From: Minisyncoccia bacterium
Lineage (GTDB): Bacteria; Patescibacteriota; Minisyncoccia; SW-4-49-11
DNA length: 64,000 bases
Assembly: GCA_044341565.1 (NCBI GenBank)
Contig: JBIIRM010000004.1
Span: forward strand, 8,764 to 72,763
Direction of reading: 5' to 3'
Shown: positions 32,161-40,655 of the stretch, piece after piece
Layout of the letters: every line of letters begins with the position of its first letter
Position numbering within the stretch: position 1 is the stretch's first letter
Program-made: the position numbers and the translations under genes
Notes under the pieces: generated by a model
The model's input: the letters and a program-made list of their open reading frames with translations, nothing else
Told to the model about the DNA's origin: nothing
The model's database searches: none

Positions 32161-32649
32161 ATGAAGTATAATAAAAAATTAAGTAATATTGCACAATATA
32201 GTATATTTGTGATATCTTTATTAGCAATTTTACTTGCGAGCTATTATTTATACTATGGAGACTTTTTTTTACATTTAGCAGGACAAGGGGAGTGGTTTAA
32301 TCCTGAGCTAGGTATTCCAGCTTGTAATTTATGTTGGTATGCAAGAGTGTTAATGTTCCCTATTTTCCCTATTGCGTTTGTAGGAATATTCAAAAATGAT
32401 AATAAATTTACTGATTATATAATTCCATTAGCTATACTTGGAATTATACTCGATGTATATCATTATAGTTTGCAGATGGGATGGATAGCAAAACCTTTAT
32501 TATGTGATCCTAATGGAATTAGCTGTGCAGATGCTCCAGTTAATTATTTCGGATTCATTACCATGCCATTTATTTGTGGGATATTATTTATAATAATATT
32601 ATTATTAGCTCTATATAATAGTATTATGGTAAGAAAGAATAGGGAATAG
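32161..32649 (+). CDS. Disulfide bond formation protein B (DsbB/BdbC-like)
   Basis: PACNLCWYARVLMFP, second Cys pair, FGFITMP. Confidence 0.9.
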   Translation: MKYNKKLSNIAQYSIFVISLLAILLASYYLYYGDFFLHLAGQGEWFNPELGIPACNLCWYARVLMFPIFPIAFVGIFKNDNKFTDYIIPLAILGIILDVYHYSLQMGWIAKPLLCDPNGISCADAPVNYFGFITMPFICGILFIIILLLALYNSIMVRKNRE

Positions 32650-32674
32650 GACTAAGATATTCGTTTTATACTAG

Positions 32675-32703
32675 TTGACAATAGAATTACAACAGAGTAT
32701 AAT
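32675..32703 (+). promoter_or_regulatory. Consensus sigma70 promoter upstream of the xer gene
   Basis: TTGACA-17 bp-TATAAT. Confidence 0.75.
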
Positions 32704-32719
32704 CATTATTATACTCTGT
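32692..32719. other. Candidate dif site (symmetric 11-6-11)
   Basis: ACAGAGTATAA-TCATTA-TTATACTCTGT; located at the skew/orientation switch, ~330 bp before xer. Confidence 0.7.
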
Positions 32720-32815
32720 TGGGTATACAGAAATAAAGATATACAGTTCATTTTATATAATTACCACTCCCCTTTTTGTGATTATACAAAAAGATAATAA
32801 ATACACATAACTAAC

Positions 32816-32947
32816 TGTCCCTCGCTGGCGAGGTTGCCCGTAAGGGTGGGTGTGGACTTAGTTATATCTAAACTATAAGTCACCTTCGGCGACACTCCCT
32901 CCTAAATAAATATAGGAGGGACTTAAAGGCTCCTCCAAGGGAGGACA
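32816..32947. repeat. REP/MITE-like hairpin element, family A copy 1
   Basis: TGTCCCTCGCTGGCGAGG...CTCCTCCAAGGGAGGACA; imperfect terminal inverted repeats; close match to 34786-34932. Confidence 0.85.
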
Positions 32948-33052
32948 AATTCTAGAGTATTTCCCCAATCATAGCTTTTCCTATATACTGAATATATACA
33001 TAACCCAATTCTGGGACTATTCTGATACAACACACATAATAACCGCATATAT

Positions 33053-34096
33053 ATGTCAAGAAGCCAAAAATTGCCCTTATTAGAAGACTTTTTACTTTTT
33101 TTAACTACTAGTAACTACTCAAAAGCTACTATTCGTAATTATGAGCGAGATTTATTGATTTTTGAGAAATTCCTGAGTGACAATGATTTTGACTTTAATA
33201 GTATTACCAAGAAAACCATAACCATATATCAAGCAGATTTATTAGCTGAGGATAGACAAGTATTCAAATCCACATCACAAAAGCAAAAAGCAAAACCATT
33301 AGAGCCTAAAACCATAAATCGTATGCTGACAAGCATTCGTTCATATTTTGTATATCTGATAGATAATGAACATCCCTGTCCCTTATTACCTCAGCAAATC
33401 AAATTAATGAAGCTAGGGAAGTACAAATTACATTTACCCGAGCTAGAAACCTTAATAAAATTCATAGAATCACCAAAACAATTAGAATCCAATGCATTTA
33501 TTGGACTTAGGAATCAAACTATATTAGAATTAATTTTTACCTCAGGAATGCGAATTTCTGAAGTTACCCATTTAACTATTGATCAAATTCATCAAGATGA
33601 TTCCAAAATTTTGATAAGAGGCAAGGGGAATAAGCAAAGATTTGTCTACCTAACCCCGCGAGCTCATACTATATTAAATGAGTATTTGCAAGAAAGATAT
33701 CAAATTATCAAGCAAGTCCTCCCCTCTCAATATCAAATGGGGGAGTATATCAATCAATTTGCCTATGTATTTATCACCAAAAAGAGTTTTGATACACTCA
33801 AAGGGAATATAAAAGATCATAGTCTCCCCTCTTCTCTATTGAATTCCCATATATCTGAGAATTATCTCCAATCTAAAATCAAATCCTATCGTCTATTACT
33901 CAATATCCCCTACCCTATCTCCGCCCATACCCTTAGGCATGGATTTGCGACATATTTAGCTGAATCAGGAGCCAACCCCGCCGCTATCAAAGTATTACTC
34001 GGACATGAATCCCTCGAGACCACAACCAAATATGTACATGCCTCTGATACCTTTGCCGAGGAAACACATGAGAATTTTCATCCCCTTAAAAAGTAA
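33053..34096 (+). CDS. Tyrosine recombinase, XerC/XerD family
   Basis: SAM-like N-terminal domain; GMRISE, GKGNK, HTLRH, LGH, TTTKY. Confidence 0.95.
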   Translation: MSRSQKLPLLEDFLLFLTTSNYSKATIRNYERDLLIFEKFLSDNDFDFNSITKKTITIYQADLLAEDRQVFKSTSQKQKAKPLEPKTINRMLTSIRSYFVYLIDNEHPCPLLPQQIKLMKLGKYKLHLPELETLIKFIESPKQLESNAFIGLRNQTILELIFTSGMRISEVTHLTIDQIHQDDSKILIRGKGNKQRFVYLTPRAHTILNEYLQERYQIIKQVLPSQYQMGEYINQFAYVFITKKSFDTLKGNIKDHSLPSSLLNSHISENYLQSKIKSYRLLLNIPYPISAHTLRHGFATYLAESGANPAAIKVLLGHESLETTTKYVHASDTFAEETHENFHPLKK

Positions 34097-34102
34097 ATAT
34101 AA

Positions 34103-34744
34103 TTATTCTAATTCTGGTAAAGTATCCAGAGTATAGCAATTATCAATATGAAATTCTCCAGATTGTCTACGTTCTAACTCTTCAAGATAAACCCCTGTTT
34201 CGAGTTTAATACCAATATCATACCCAAGGGACCTGATATAAGTACCACTAGCACAATAGATCTCTAATATGAGATAGGGGTACGCATATTCCAATATATC
34301 AATACGAGTAATAGTTACTTGACGAGGGGGTATATCTATATACTCACCTTTACGGGCTAATTCATACATTTTATTACCATTGATTTTGATAGCAGAATAC
34401 ATAGGAGGTATTTGCTCAATTTCCCCAATGAATTGATTGACTACTAATTCTATTTGTTCTTGAGTAGGGATAATATCCGTATTATACTCTTGTATTGCTC
34501 CATCTTTATCATAAGTATCACTTATAAAGCCTAATTTTAGCTTTGTGCGGTATATTTTATCTTGTTTCATAAACTCGTCGCTTCTTTTGGTAGACTCACG
34601 TCCCACAAGCAGAATTAATACTCCAGTGGCAAAGGGGTCTAGGGTTCCGGCATGTCCAATTTTTTTGATACCATAAAATCGGCGCAGTTTATTAACCACC
34701 GTATGTGAGGTCATTCCAGCTGGCTTATTAATAGGAATAATCAT
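34103..34744 (-). CDS. truB: tRNA pseudouridine(55) synthase
   Basis: NKPAGMTSH, GHAGTLDPFATGVL, PPMYSAIK, SGTYIRSL. Confidence 0.97.
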   Translation of the reverse strand: MIIPINKPAGMTSHTVVNKLRRFYGIKKIGHAGTLDPFATGVLILLVGRESTKRSDEFMKQDKIYRTKLKLGFISDTYDKDGAIQEYNTDIIPTQEQIELVVNQFIGEIEQIPPMYSAIKINGNKMYELARKGEYIDIPPRQVTITRIDILEYAYPYLILEIYCASGTYIRSLGYDIGIKLETGVYLEELERRQSGEFHIDNCYTLDTLPELE

Positions 34745-34785
34745 ATAGGCTATTGTAGCATATATATAGTATATGGGAAATTATA

Positions 34786-34932
34786 TGTCCCTCGCTGGCG
34801 AGGAAGCACCGTGTTAGCGGTGGGTGTGGACGAGTTATGTTTTTTTGAATTTAATCCTCCTCCGTCACCCTCGGCGACACCCCCTCCTAAATAAATATAG
34901 GAGGGACTTAAAGGCTCCCCCAAGGGATGACA
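34786..34932. repeat. REP/MITE-like hairpin element, family A copy 2
   Basis: Shares TGTCCCTCGCTGGCGAGG, GGTGGGTGTGGAC and CCCTCCTAAATAAATATAGGAGGGACTTAAAGGCTCC with copy 1. Confidence 0.85.
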
Positions 34933-34943
34933 AACTATTTTTT

Positions 34944-34989
34944 ATTCCCCTCTTGAGGTTTGAACTGCATAGCAGGGCGGGGTGGAGTA
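34944..34989. repeat. REP-like element, family B (inverted relative to the copies at 58.7-58.8 kb)
   Basis: ATTCCCCTCTTGAGG...CGGGGTGGAGTA is the reverse complement of TACTCCACCCCG...CCTCAAGAGGGGAAT. Confidence 0.7.
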
Positions 34990-35041
34990 AAGAAAAAACC
35001 CCCCATTCGTTGGGAGGAAAGTTGATATCAAGGAGGTAATC

Positions 35042-35251
35042 TCACTCAGTAAGCCCTGGATTTTCGTCTAGAAATTGGCAGATATTGATTCCAAGCTCCA
35101 GGTGTTGACTGAGCTCAGTTAAGAGCTTTTGAATAGTTTCTTTAGCCTGTTGTATGTCTTCTGGGAAATCATTGGTATTTTGGTGATTGACAAGAAATGT
35201 TAGAGCGCCAAGGAGTTCATGGACTTTATCATGAAGGGGTGAACAGCTCAT
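35042..35251 (-). CDS. Small hypothetical protein
   Basis: 69-aa ORF in otherwise free intergenic space, helical character. Confidence 0.5.
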   Translation of the reverse strand: MSCSPLHDKVHELLGALTFLVNHQNTNDFPEDIQQAKETIQKLLTELSQHLELGINICQFLDENPGLTE

Positions 35252-35310
35252 GAGATGATAGTAGAAAAGATCTTATATAATATACCAAATAATAACCATC
35301 TGAGCAACAT

Positions 35311-35337
35311 AAAAAAGCGTCTTATCAACGCTTTTTT
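35311..35337 (-). terminator. Intrinsic terminator after hup
   Basis: AAAAAAGCGT-cttatca-ACGCTTTTTT. Confidence 0.8.
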
Positions 35338-35357
35338 ATGAATGCAAGTTATCATTA

Positions 35358-35633
35358 TTATTTAACTGCATCTTTCAACTTCTTTCCTGCTTTGAATTTA
35401 GGAGTTTTGGTTGCAGCGATCTTGATCTTTTCTAGAGTTCGTGGGTTAACACCTTCTCGCGCTTGTCGTTGGGTTACTGAGAAAGTCCCAAATCCAGCTA
35501 GAGTTACGGTTTCACCTTTAGAAAGGGTCTTGGTCACTACATCAATGAAAGCTTGAATTACTGCTTCAGAATCCTTCTTTGAGGTTCCAGCTACATCAGC
35601 GATTGCTGATACTAGTTCTGCTTTAGTTGCCAT
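35358..35633 (-). CDS. hup: DNA-binding protein HU
   Basis: GFGTFSV, REGVNPRT, PKFKAGKKLKDAVK; AAAGGAGG RBS. Confidence 0.97.
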   Translation of the reverse strand: MATKAELVSAIADVAGTSKKDSEAVIQAFIDVVTKTLSKGETVTLAGFGTFSVTQRQAREGVNPRTLEKIKIAATKTPKFKAGKKLKDAVK

Positions 35634-35735
35634 CTACACACACCTCCTTTCTCATATTGTTTTCCATTAGTATTTGATTGGATAATTGTATCCTTGTTTC
35701 ATCATATAGTATATATGCGGAATTGTAAAGCTTTT

Positions 35736-37262
35736 TTATCTTGCATAGTCAATAATACGGGTTTCTCGTATTAAAGTTACTTTAATTTCACCAGGATATT
35801 TAAGCTCTTCTTCTATCTTGAGAGCGATTTTACGAGCCATTTTTTTTGCTTGTATATCATTGATTTTATATGGTGTCACAAATACGCGAATCTCACGGCC
35901 AGCATTAATGGCATAACTTTTATCTACTCCATAAAAAGCATTAGTAATAGCCTCCAATTCCCCCAGTCTCTTGATATAATTATCCACAGAATCACGTCGA
36001 GCCCCAGGTCGAGAAGCTGACAGGGCATCCGCTGCCTGTACAATGCGAGATTCTAGGCTCTCATACGGATATTCCTCATGATGAGACTGCATAGCCTTGA
36101 TTACCTCTTCTTTGATACCATATTTACTGAGTACGGTGCGTCCAATTTCCACATGAGTACCCTCAACTTCATGATCGAGAGCCTTCCCAATATCATGAAA
36201 AAGACCTCCCATTTTTGCAATCATCACATTAGCCCCGAGTTCTGCCGCAATAGCTCCCGCCAAATGAGCAACTTCCACACTATGCATAAGTACATTTTGT
36301 CCATAACTAGTTCGGAATTGCAATCGTCCGAGTATATAGGTGAGTTTAGGATCTATACCCGTAATACCGGTATCATATAGAGCTGCTTCACCAGCCTCTT
36401 TAATCTTTTGTTGTACTAATTCTTTTGATTTAATGACAAATTCTTCAATACGAGCTGGTTGTATACGACCATCTTCAATCAAAGCCTCTAGAGCAAGCTT
36501 AGCAATATGCCTCCGTATAGGGTCAAAACAAGATAATACAATACTATCAGGACTATCATCAATAATAACCTGTACTCCTGTTGCATTCTCGAGAGCCCGT
36601 ATATTTCGTCCTTCTTTTCCAATAATACGACCCTTTACTTCTTCGCTTTCTATAGCCACTGTAGCGGTATTAAATTCAGCAGATTGGCCCTGAGCATATT
36701 TTTGCATAGCAAGAACCATAATATTCTTAGCTTTTTGCTCCAATTGATTATGCCGTATTCCTTCTAATCGCTCTATTTGTAATAATAATTCCTCATGAGA
36801 AGTCTCTTCTACCTTTTCGAGAAGCTCAGACTTAGCTTGTTCGGTATTAAGCCCAGCAATATGCCCAAGTTCAGTGATTTGCTTTTGTTTGAGTCCTTCA
36901 ACCTCTTGATACAAATCCTTAATTCTCTCCCCCTTTGTCTTGAGTTCCAATCTATGATCTTCTAATTCCTGTACTTGTTGTTCTAAATCCTTTTCCCTTC
37001 TCAAAACACTTTCCTCAAGGAGAACCGCTGTTTTCCTAATTTCTGAGGCTTCGGCTCTGGCCTTATCTTTTAGTATTTCAGCCTCTTGTTCGGCTTCTTT
37101 TTTGAGTTTTTTAGATTCTTCTTCGAATATTGCTTGTAGCGATTGAATTTTAGCTTCTTTTGAATTGATTGATCTTCTGACAATTATTAATCTGAGACCA
37201 TATCCTATACCAGTACCTATTATTAAGCTTGAAGTCAACCACAATAATGAAATTGTAGTCAT
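35736..37262 (-). CDS. rny: Ribonuclease Y
   Basis: TM, coiled coil, KH (KGRIIGKEGRNIR), HD (FHDIGK). Confidence 0.97.
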   Translation of the reverse strand: MTTISLLWLTSSLIIGTGIGYGLRLIIVRRSINSKEAKIQSLQAIFEEESKKLKKEAEQEAEILKDKARAEASEIRKTAVLLEESVLRREKDLEQQVQELEDHRLELKTKGERIKDLYQEVEGLKQKQITELGHIAGLNTEQAKSELLEKVEETSHEELLLQIERLEGIRHNQLEQKAKNIMVLAMQKYAQGQSAEFNTATVAIESEEVKGRIIGKEGRNIRALENATGVQVIIDDSPDSIVLSCFDPIRRHIAKLALEALIEDGRIQPARIEEFVIKSKELVQQKIKEAGEAALYDTGITGIDPKLTYILGRLQFRTSYGQNVLMHSVEVAHLAGAIAAELGANVMIAKMGGLFHDIGKALDHEVEGTHVEIGRTVLSKYGIKEEVIKAMQSHHEEYPYESLESRIVQAADALSASRPGARRDSVDNYIKRLGELEAITNAFYGVDKSYAINAGREIRVFVTPYKINDIQAKKMARKIALKIEEELKYPGEIKVTLIRETRIIDYAR

Positions 37263-37387
37263 ATAATATATTATGAGATAGTAAATTAAGTGTATTTTGC
37301 ATATACATCATCATTATAGCATAGTAAGTGAGTAAATGCGAATTAATATATGAGATGGGTAGAAATAATAGTGAGCTCACATAAGCA

Positions 37388-37424
37388 CAAAAGCCCCTAT
37401 CAATATAATTGTTAGGAGCTTTTG
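37388..37424 (-). terminator. Intrinsic terminator after the DEAD-box gene
   Basis: CAAAAGCCCCTA...TAGGAGCTTTTG hairpin. Confidence 0.65.
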
Positions 37425-37447
37425 CTAGAGAGGCTAATTATCTTGGA

Positions 37448-38710
37448 TTAATACTTTTTTACAAAAGTAAGAGCCCAACCAATTTTATTACCTCGTCCAG
37501 TTCTACCAATACGGTGAATATAATCCTCTTCAGTTCGAGGTAATTCGTAATTGATAACATGAGTAATATCCCCAACATCAATTCCACGAGAAGCCACATC
37601 GGTTCCAATCATAATCCAAGCCTCATTGCTCTTGAATTTCTTCAACGCAATTTGTCTATGCATTTGAGTCTTGTCACCATGAATAGATTCCACATCAAAA
37701 CCATGTTGTTGTAAATCTCGGTACAAATTCTCTACAGCCATTTTGGTCTCACAGAAAATAAGAACTTTTTTCACTTCATCTTTATTCAAGATATCCATTA
37801 ATAAGTCCATTTTATTATCATTACGAGTTACAGGTACAATGTCTTGATGAACATTATTACTTGATACATTGCTAGATAATAAGATATTTACTGGATTAAC
37901 AAGGAAAGTTTCCATCAATTGTCGGGTTTTTCCTTCTGTTGTAGCTGAGAAGAATAATTTTTGAGTATCTTTTGGAAGTAATTCTAGAATATATCGAATT
38001 TCATCAATAAATCCCATATCAAGCATTCTATCAACCTCATCTAATACAATGGTTGAGAAACTATCCATATGAATAGCCTTTCGATTAATCAAATCTTTGA
38101 ATCGTCCAGGAGTTGCAATGATAAAATGATTATGACGAGATAATCGAAACATTTGCTTTCGAATAGGAGTTCCTCCAATACATACGGTACTATAAATACC
38201 TTGCCCACGATTGGTGATTTTATGAAGCTCTTGCTCAATTTGAAGAGCTAATTCACGAGTTGGAGCTAATATAACTGCTGATTTTTTAGGATCTAAAGTC
38301 ATATTGTGAAGAAGTGGTAATAAAAAAGCTAAAGTTTTACCAGTACCAGTTCCAGCAAGTCCAATAACATCATTTCCTTCCATTACAGGTTTAATAGCCT
38401 GATCTTGAATAGGAGTAGGATTAATCATACCCTTTTCAGTAAGAGCAGCATCAATCCATGATGCAAAACCAAAGTCTTTAAAAGTATGAGTGATTTTGGT
38501 CTCAGCCTCTGGAAGAGGTTCAGCAACTTTCACAAATAAAGAATGGTCTAATTGTTTAGGACCAGACTTTTTACCATATCTTCGGCCACCACCACCTCCG
38601 CCATAGCGAGGTCGTCCGCCAAAAGAATCGCGAGAAGAATTATTATTATATCGAGAAGAAGAATTAGAGCGATTAGAAAATCGACTACTACTATTATTAG
38701 AGTACGCCAT
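37448..38710 (-). CDS. DEAD/DEAH-box RNA helicase
   Basis: Q motif, GTGTGKT, PTRELA, DEVD, SAT, HRIGRTGR; RG-rich N-terminal tail. Confidence 0.96.
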   Translation of the reverse strand: MAYSNNSSSRFSNRSNSSSRYNNNSSRDSFGGRPRYGGGGGGRRYGKKSGPKQLDHSLFVKVAEPLPEAETKITHTFKDFGFASWIDAALTEKGMINPTPIQDQAIKPVMEGNDVIGLAGTGTGKTLAFLLPLLHNMTLDPKKSAVILAPTRELALQIEQELHKITNRGQGIYSTVCIGGTPIRKQMFRLSRHNHFIIATPGRFKDLINRKAIHMDSFSTIVLDEVDRMLDMGFIDEIRYILELLPKDTQKLFFSATTEGKTRQLMETFLVNPVNILLSSNVSSNNVHQDIVPVTRNDNKMDLLMDILNKDEVKKVLIFCETKMAVENLYRDLQQHGFDVESIHGDKTQMHRQIALKKFKSNEAWIMIGTDVASRGIDVGDITHVINYELPRTEEDYIHRIGRTGRGNKIGWALTFVKKY

Positions 38711-38842
38711 ACAAAATATGATTATGAATATGATATGGAATATAGATACCTATCATATACATACTTGTATAAACGCCATCTATGACCACATTGAAAAAAA
38801 GTATATCATAGATTATATAATTTGTCAAAGGGTGATAACCAA

Positions 38843-39808
38843 TTATAGGGATTTAAGCACTCCCAAACACTCCTCAGCAGTATTACAATTCATAAGCTGA
38901 GATCTGATTTCACTCGCTCCAGCAAAGCTATTGAGATACATCTTGAAACATTTTTTCATTACCGCAAAATTTTTCTCTTGTCCCCACGTTTTATCAAATA
39001 ATTCTATATGCTCTATCAGTTTTTGTACTTTAGTATGAGTATCTATATTCTCAGGATTAATATGAGGATTAAATATCCAAGGATTATGAAATACTCCTCT
39101 TCCAATCATAATACCATCTACATGATATTGACTGGCCATATCTAGACCTTGTTGATAAGACATAATATCCCCATTCCCAATAATCAGAGTATGAGGATTT
39201 ATTGAATCTCTTAGCTTTACTGCTTTTCCAATTTCATCCCAATGAGCAGGATAATCAGATAATTCTTTTACGGTGCGTCCATGTATAGTAATAGCATCGA
39301 GATGGGACTGTAAGAGATGTCCTATCCATTCTTCTGTTTGAATTTCACTAAACCCAATACGAGTTTTTACACTTACGGGTATATCCCCCGCTCCCTCCTT
39401 GGCAGCCTGTATAATATCTGAGGCTAATGAAGGATTTTTGATAAGAGCAGAACAAGCACCTTGTTTAATAACTTTTTTGACTGGGCAGCCCATATTAATA
39501 TCAAGTCCAGCAAAACCCTGTTCTCGGGCATATAATCCTGCCTGATAATAATGTTCTGGAGTAATACCCCATATTTGAGCTATGAGAGGTTGCTCTTCTG
39601 GAGTATATTGTAGACGGTGAATAATCTTAGACCTTCCAATTTCAGAAGCTAAACCCTCTACACTGGTAAATTCAGTTATCATCACATCAGGACGCCCACA
39701 AGAGCTAATAATAAGGCGAAAAACTGTATCAGTAACCTCCTCCATAGGAGCTAATACAAAAAATGGTTTCTTTAAGTTAGACAAAAATGATTGCATAAAT
39801 ATAATCAA
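38843..39808 (-). CDS. tRNA-dihydrouridine synthase (Dus)
   Basis: LAPME, DINMGCP, VKTRIG, IHGRT, GNGDI, MIGRG. Confidence 0.95.
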   Translation of the reverse strand: MIIFMQSFLSNLKKPFFVLAPMEEVTDTVFRLIISSCGRPDVMITEFTSVEGLASEIGRSKIIHRLQYTPEEQPLIAQIWGITPEHYYQAGLYAREQGFAGLDINMGCPVKKVIKQGACSALIKNPSLASDIIQAAKEGAGDIPVSVKTRIGFSEIQTEEWIGHLLQSHLDAITIHGRTVKELSDYPAHWDEIGKAVKLRDSINPHTLIIGNGDIMSYQQGLDMASQYHVDGIMIGRGVFHNPWIFNPHINPENIDTHTKVQKLIEHIELFDKTWGQEKNFAVMKKCFKMYLNSFAGASEIRSQLMNCNTAEECLGVLKSL

Positions 39809-39855
39809 TATATTCGATATATTAGCATAAGAGCAATAATAAGTAAAAACTACCG

Positions 39856-40650
39856 CTATATCAATTTCTTCTTTTTATCATCTACATTTTCATAAAAATA
39901 TCGGAATAATCCTTTCCATTGAGTAATAGATAAATCTTGAGGTCTGGCTTTAATGTGGAATTGATGAGTTTTAGCAAGTCTTTTCCATTGCTCATAAGTA
40001 AATATGGGCTCGAGGTTTTTCATTAAATTTGACTTTTGCTGTCCAAATGCATAGGTTATAAACTTGATATAATCCTGTTTCACATCCCAAATAGGTGTTG
40101 GTATTCTCTCTAATCTCAGTAATTCAACGATAACACTAGGAGCTGGGGAGAAATCTGTTTTTTCAAATGTATATACTACTTCACAATTATATAATGAGTT
40201 GAGTATTATAGAGATAATACTTGGTTCAGTAGTTCCAATTACTCGCTCTATAGCCTCTTTTTGACCGAATATGAGAGCAGATTCTGGGCTATTCTCACCA
40301 CTATATAGTCCTTTGATTAGTTCAGAGAATATAGCAAAAGGCGGATTAGATATAATCGCAAAGCTTTCGTTGGGATAGGCAATTTTGCGAATATCCTTAT
40401 TGATAATAGTTGCTTTATCTCCAAAATTATCTTGTAGCTTGCTATATAAATCAGGATCAAGTTCTATTGCCTGTACTCTATATCCTCTTGCTACGAGTTC
40501 CTTGGTTATAATCCCCTCACCTGCACCAAGATCTAATACTAGGGAATTGGGGGGTAATGGAATAAAATCAATAATATAGCGTATAAGACTTGGATTTTTT
40601 ACAAAGTTTTGAGAATAAGACTTACGCTTCTCACTATTATAATCTTGCAT
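39856..40650 (-). CDS. rRNA adenine N6-methyltransferase, Erm/KsgA family (Erm-like)
   Basis: YSQNF, LDLGAGEG, IELD, SNPPF, FSPAPSV. Confidence 0.85.
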   Translation of the reverse strand: MQDYNSEKRKSYSQNFVKNPSLIRYIIDFIPLPPNSLVLDLGAGEGIITKELVARGYRVQAIELDPDLYSKLQDNFGDKATIINKDIRKIAYPNESFAIISNPPFAIFSELIKGLYSGENSPESALIFGQKEAIERVIGTTEPSIISIILNSLYNCEVVYTFEKTDFSPAPSVIVELLRLERIPTPIWDVKQDYIKFITYAFGQQKSNLMKNLEPIFTYEQWKRLAKTHQFHIKARPQDLSITQWKGLFRYFYENVDDKKKKLI

Positions 40651-40655
40651 ATCAT

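Noticed and set aside
33029-33061. Second dif-like sequence (CACACATAA...ATATGTCAAG) at the xer start
   Set aside because: Arms are separated by 11 bp rather than 6 and match poorly
33053-34096. Integron or prophage integrase
   Set aside because: No attC (RYYYAAC...GTTRRRY) array or cargo found; position at the skew switch fits a chromosomal Xer
34824-35039. 71-aa ORF (likewise 58582-58908 and the 57206-57451 extension)
   Set aside because: Translations of GC-rich repeat or structured DNA with no protein features
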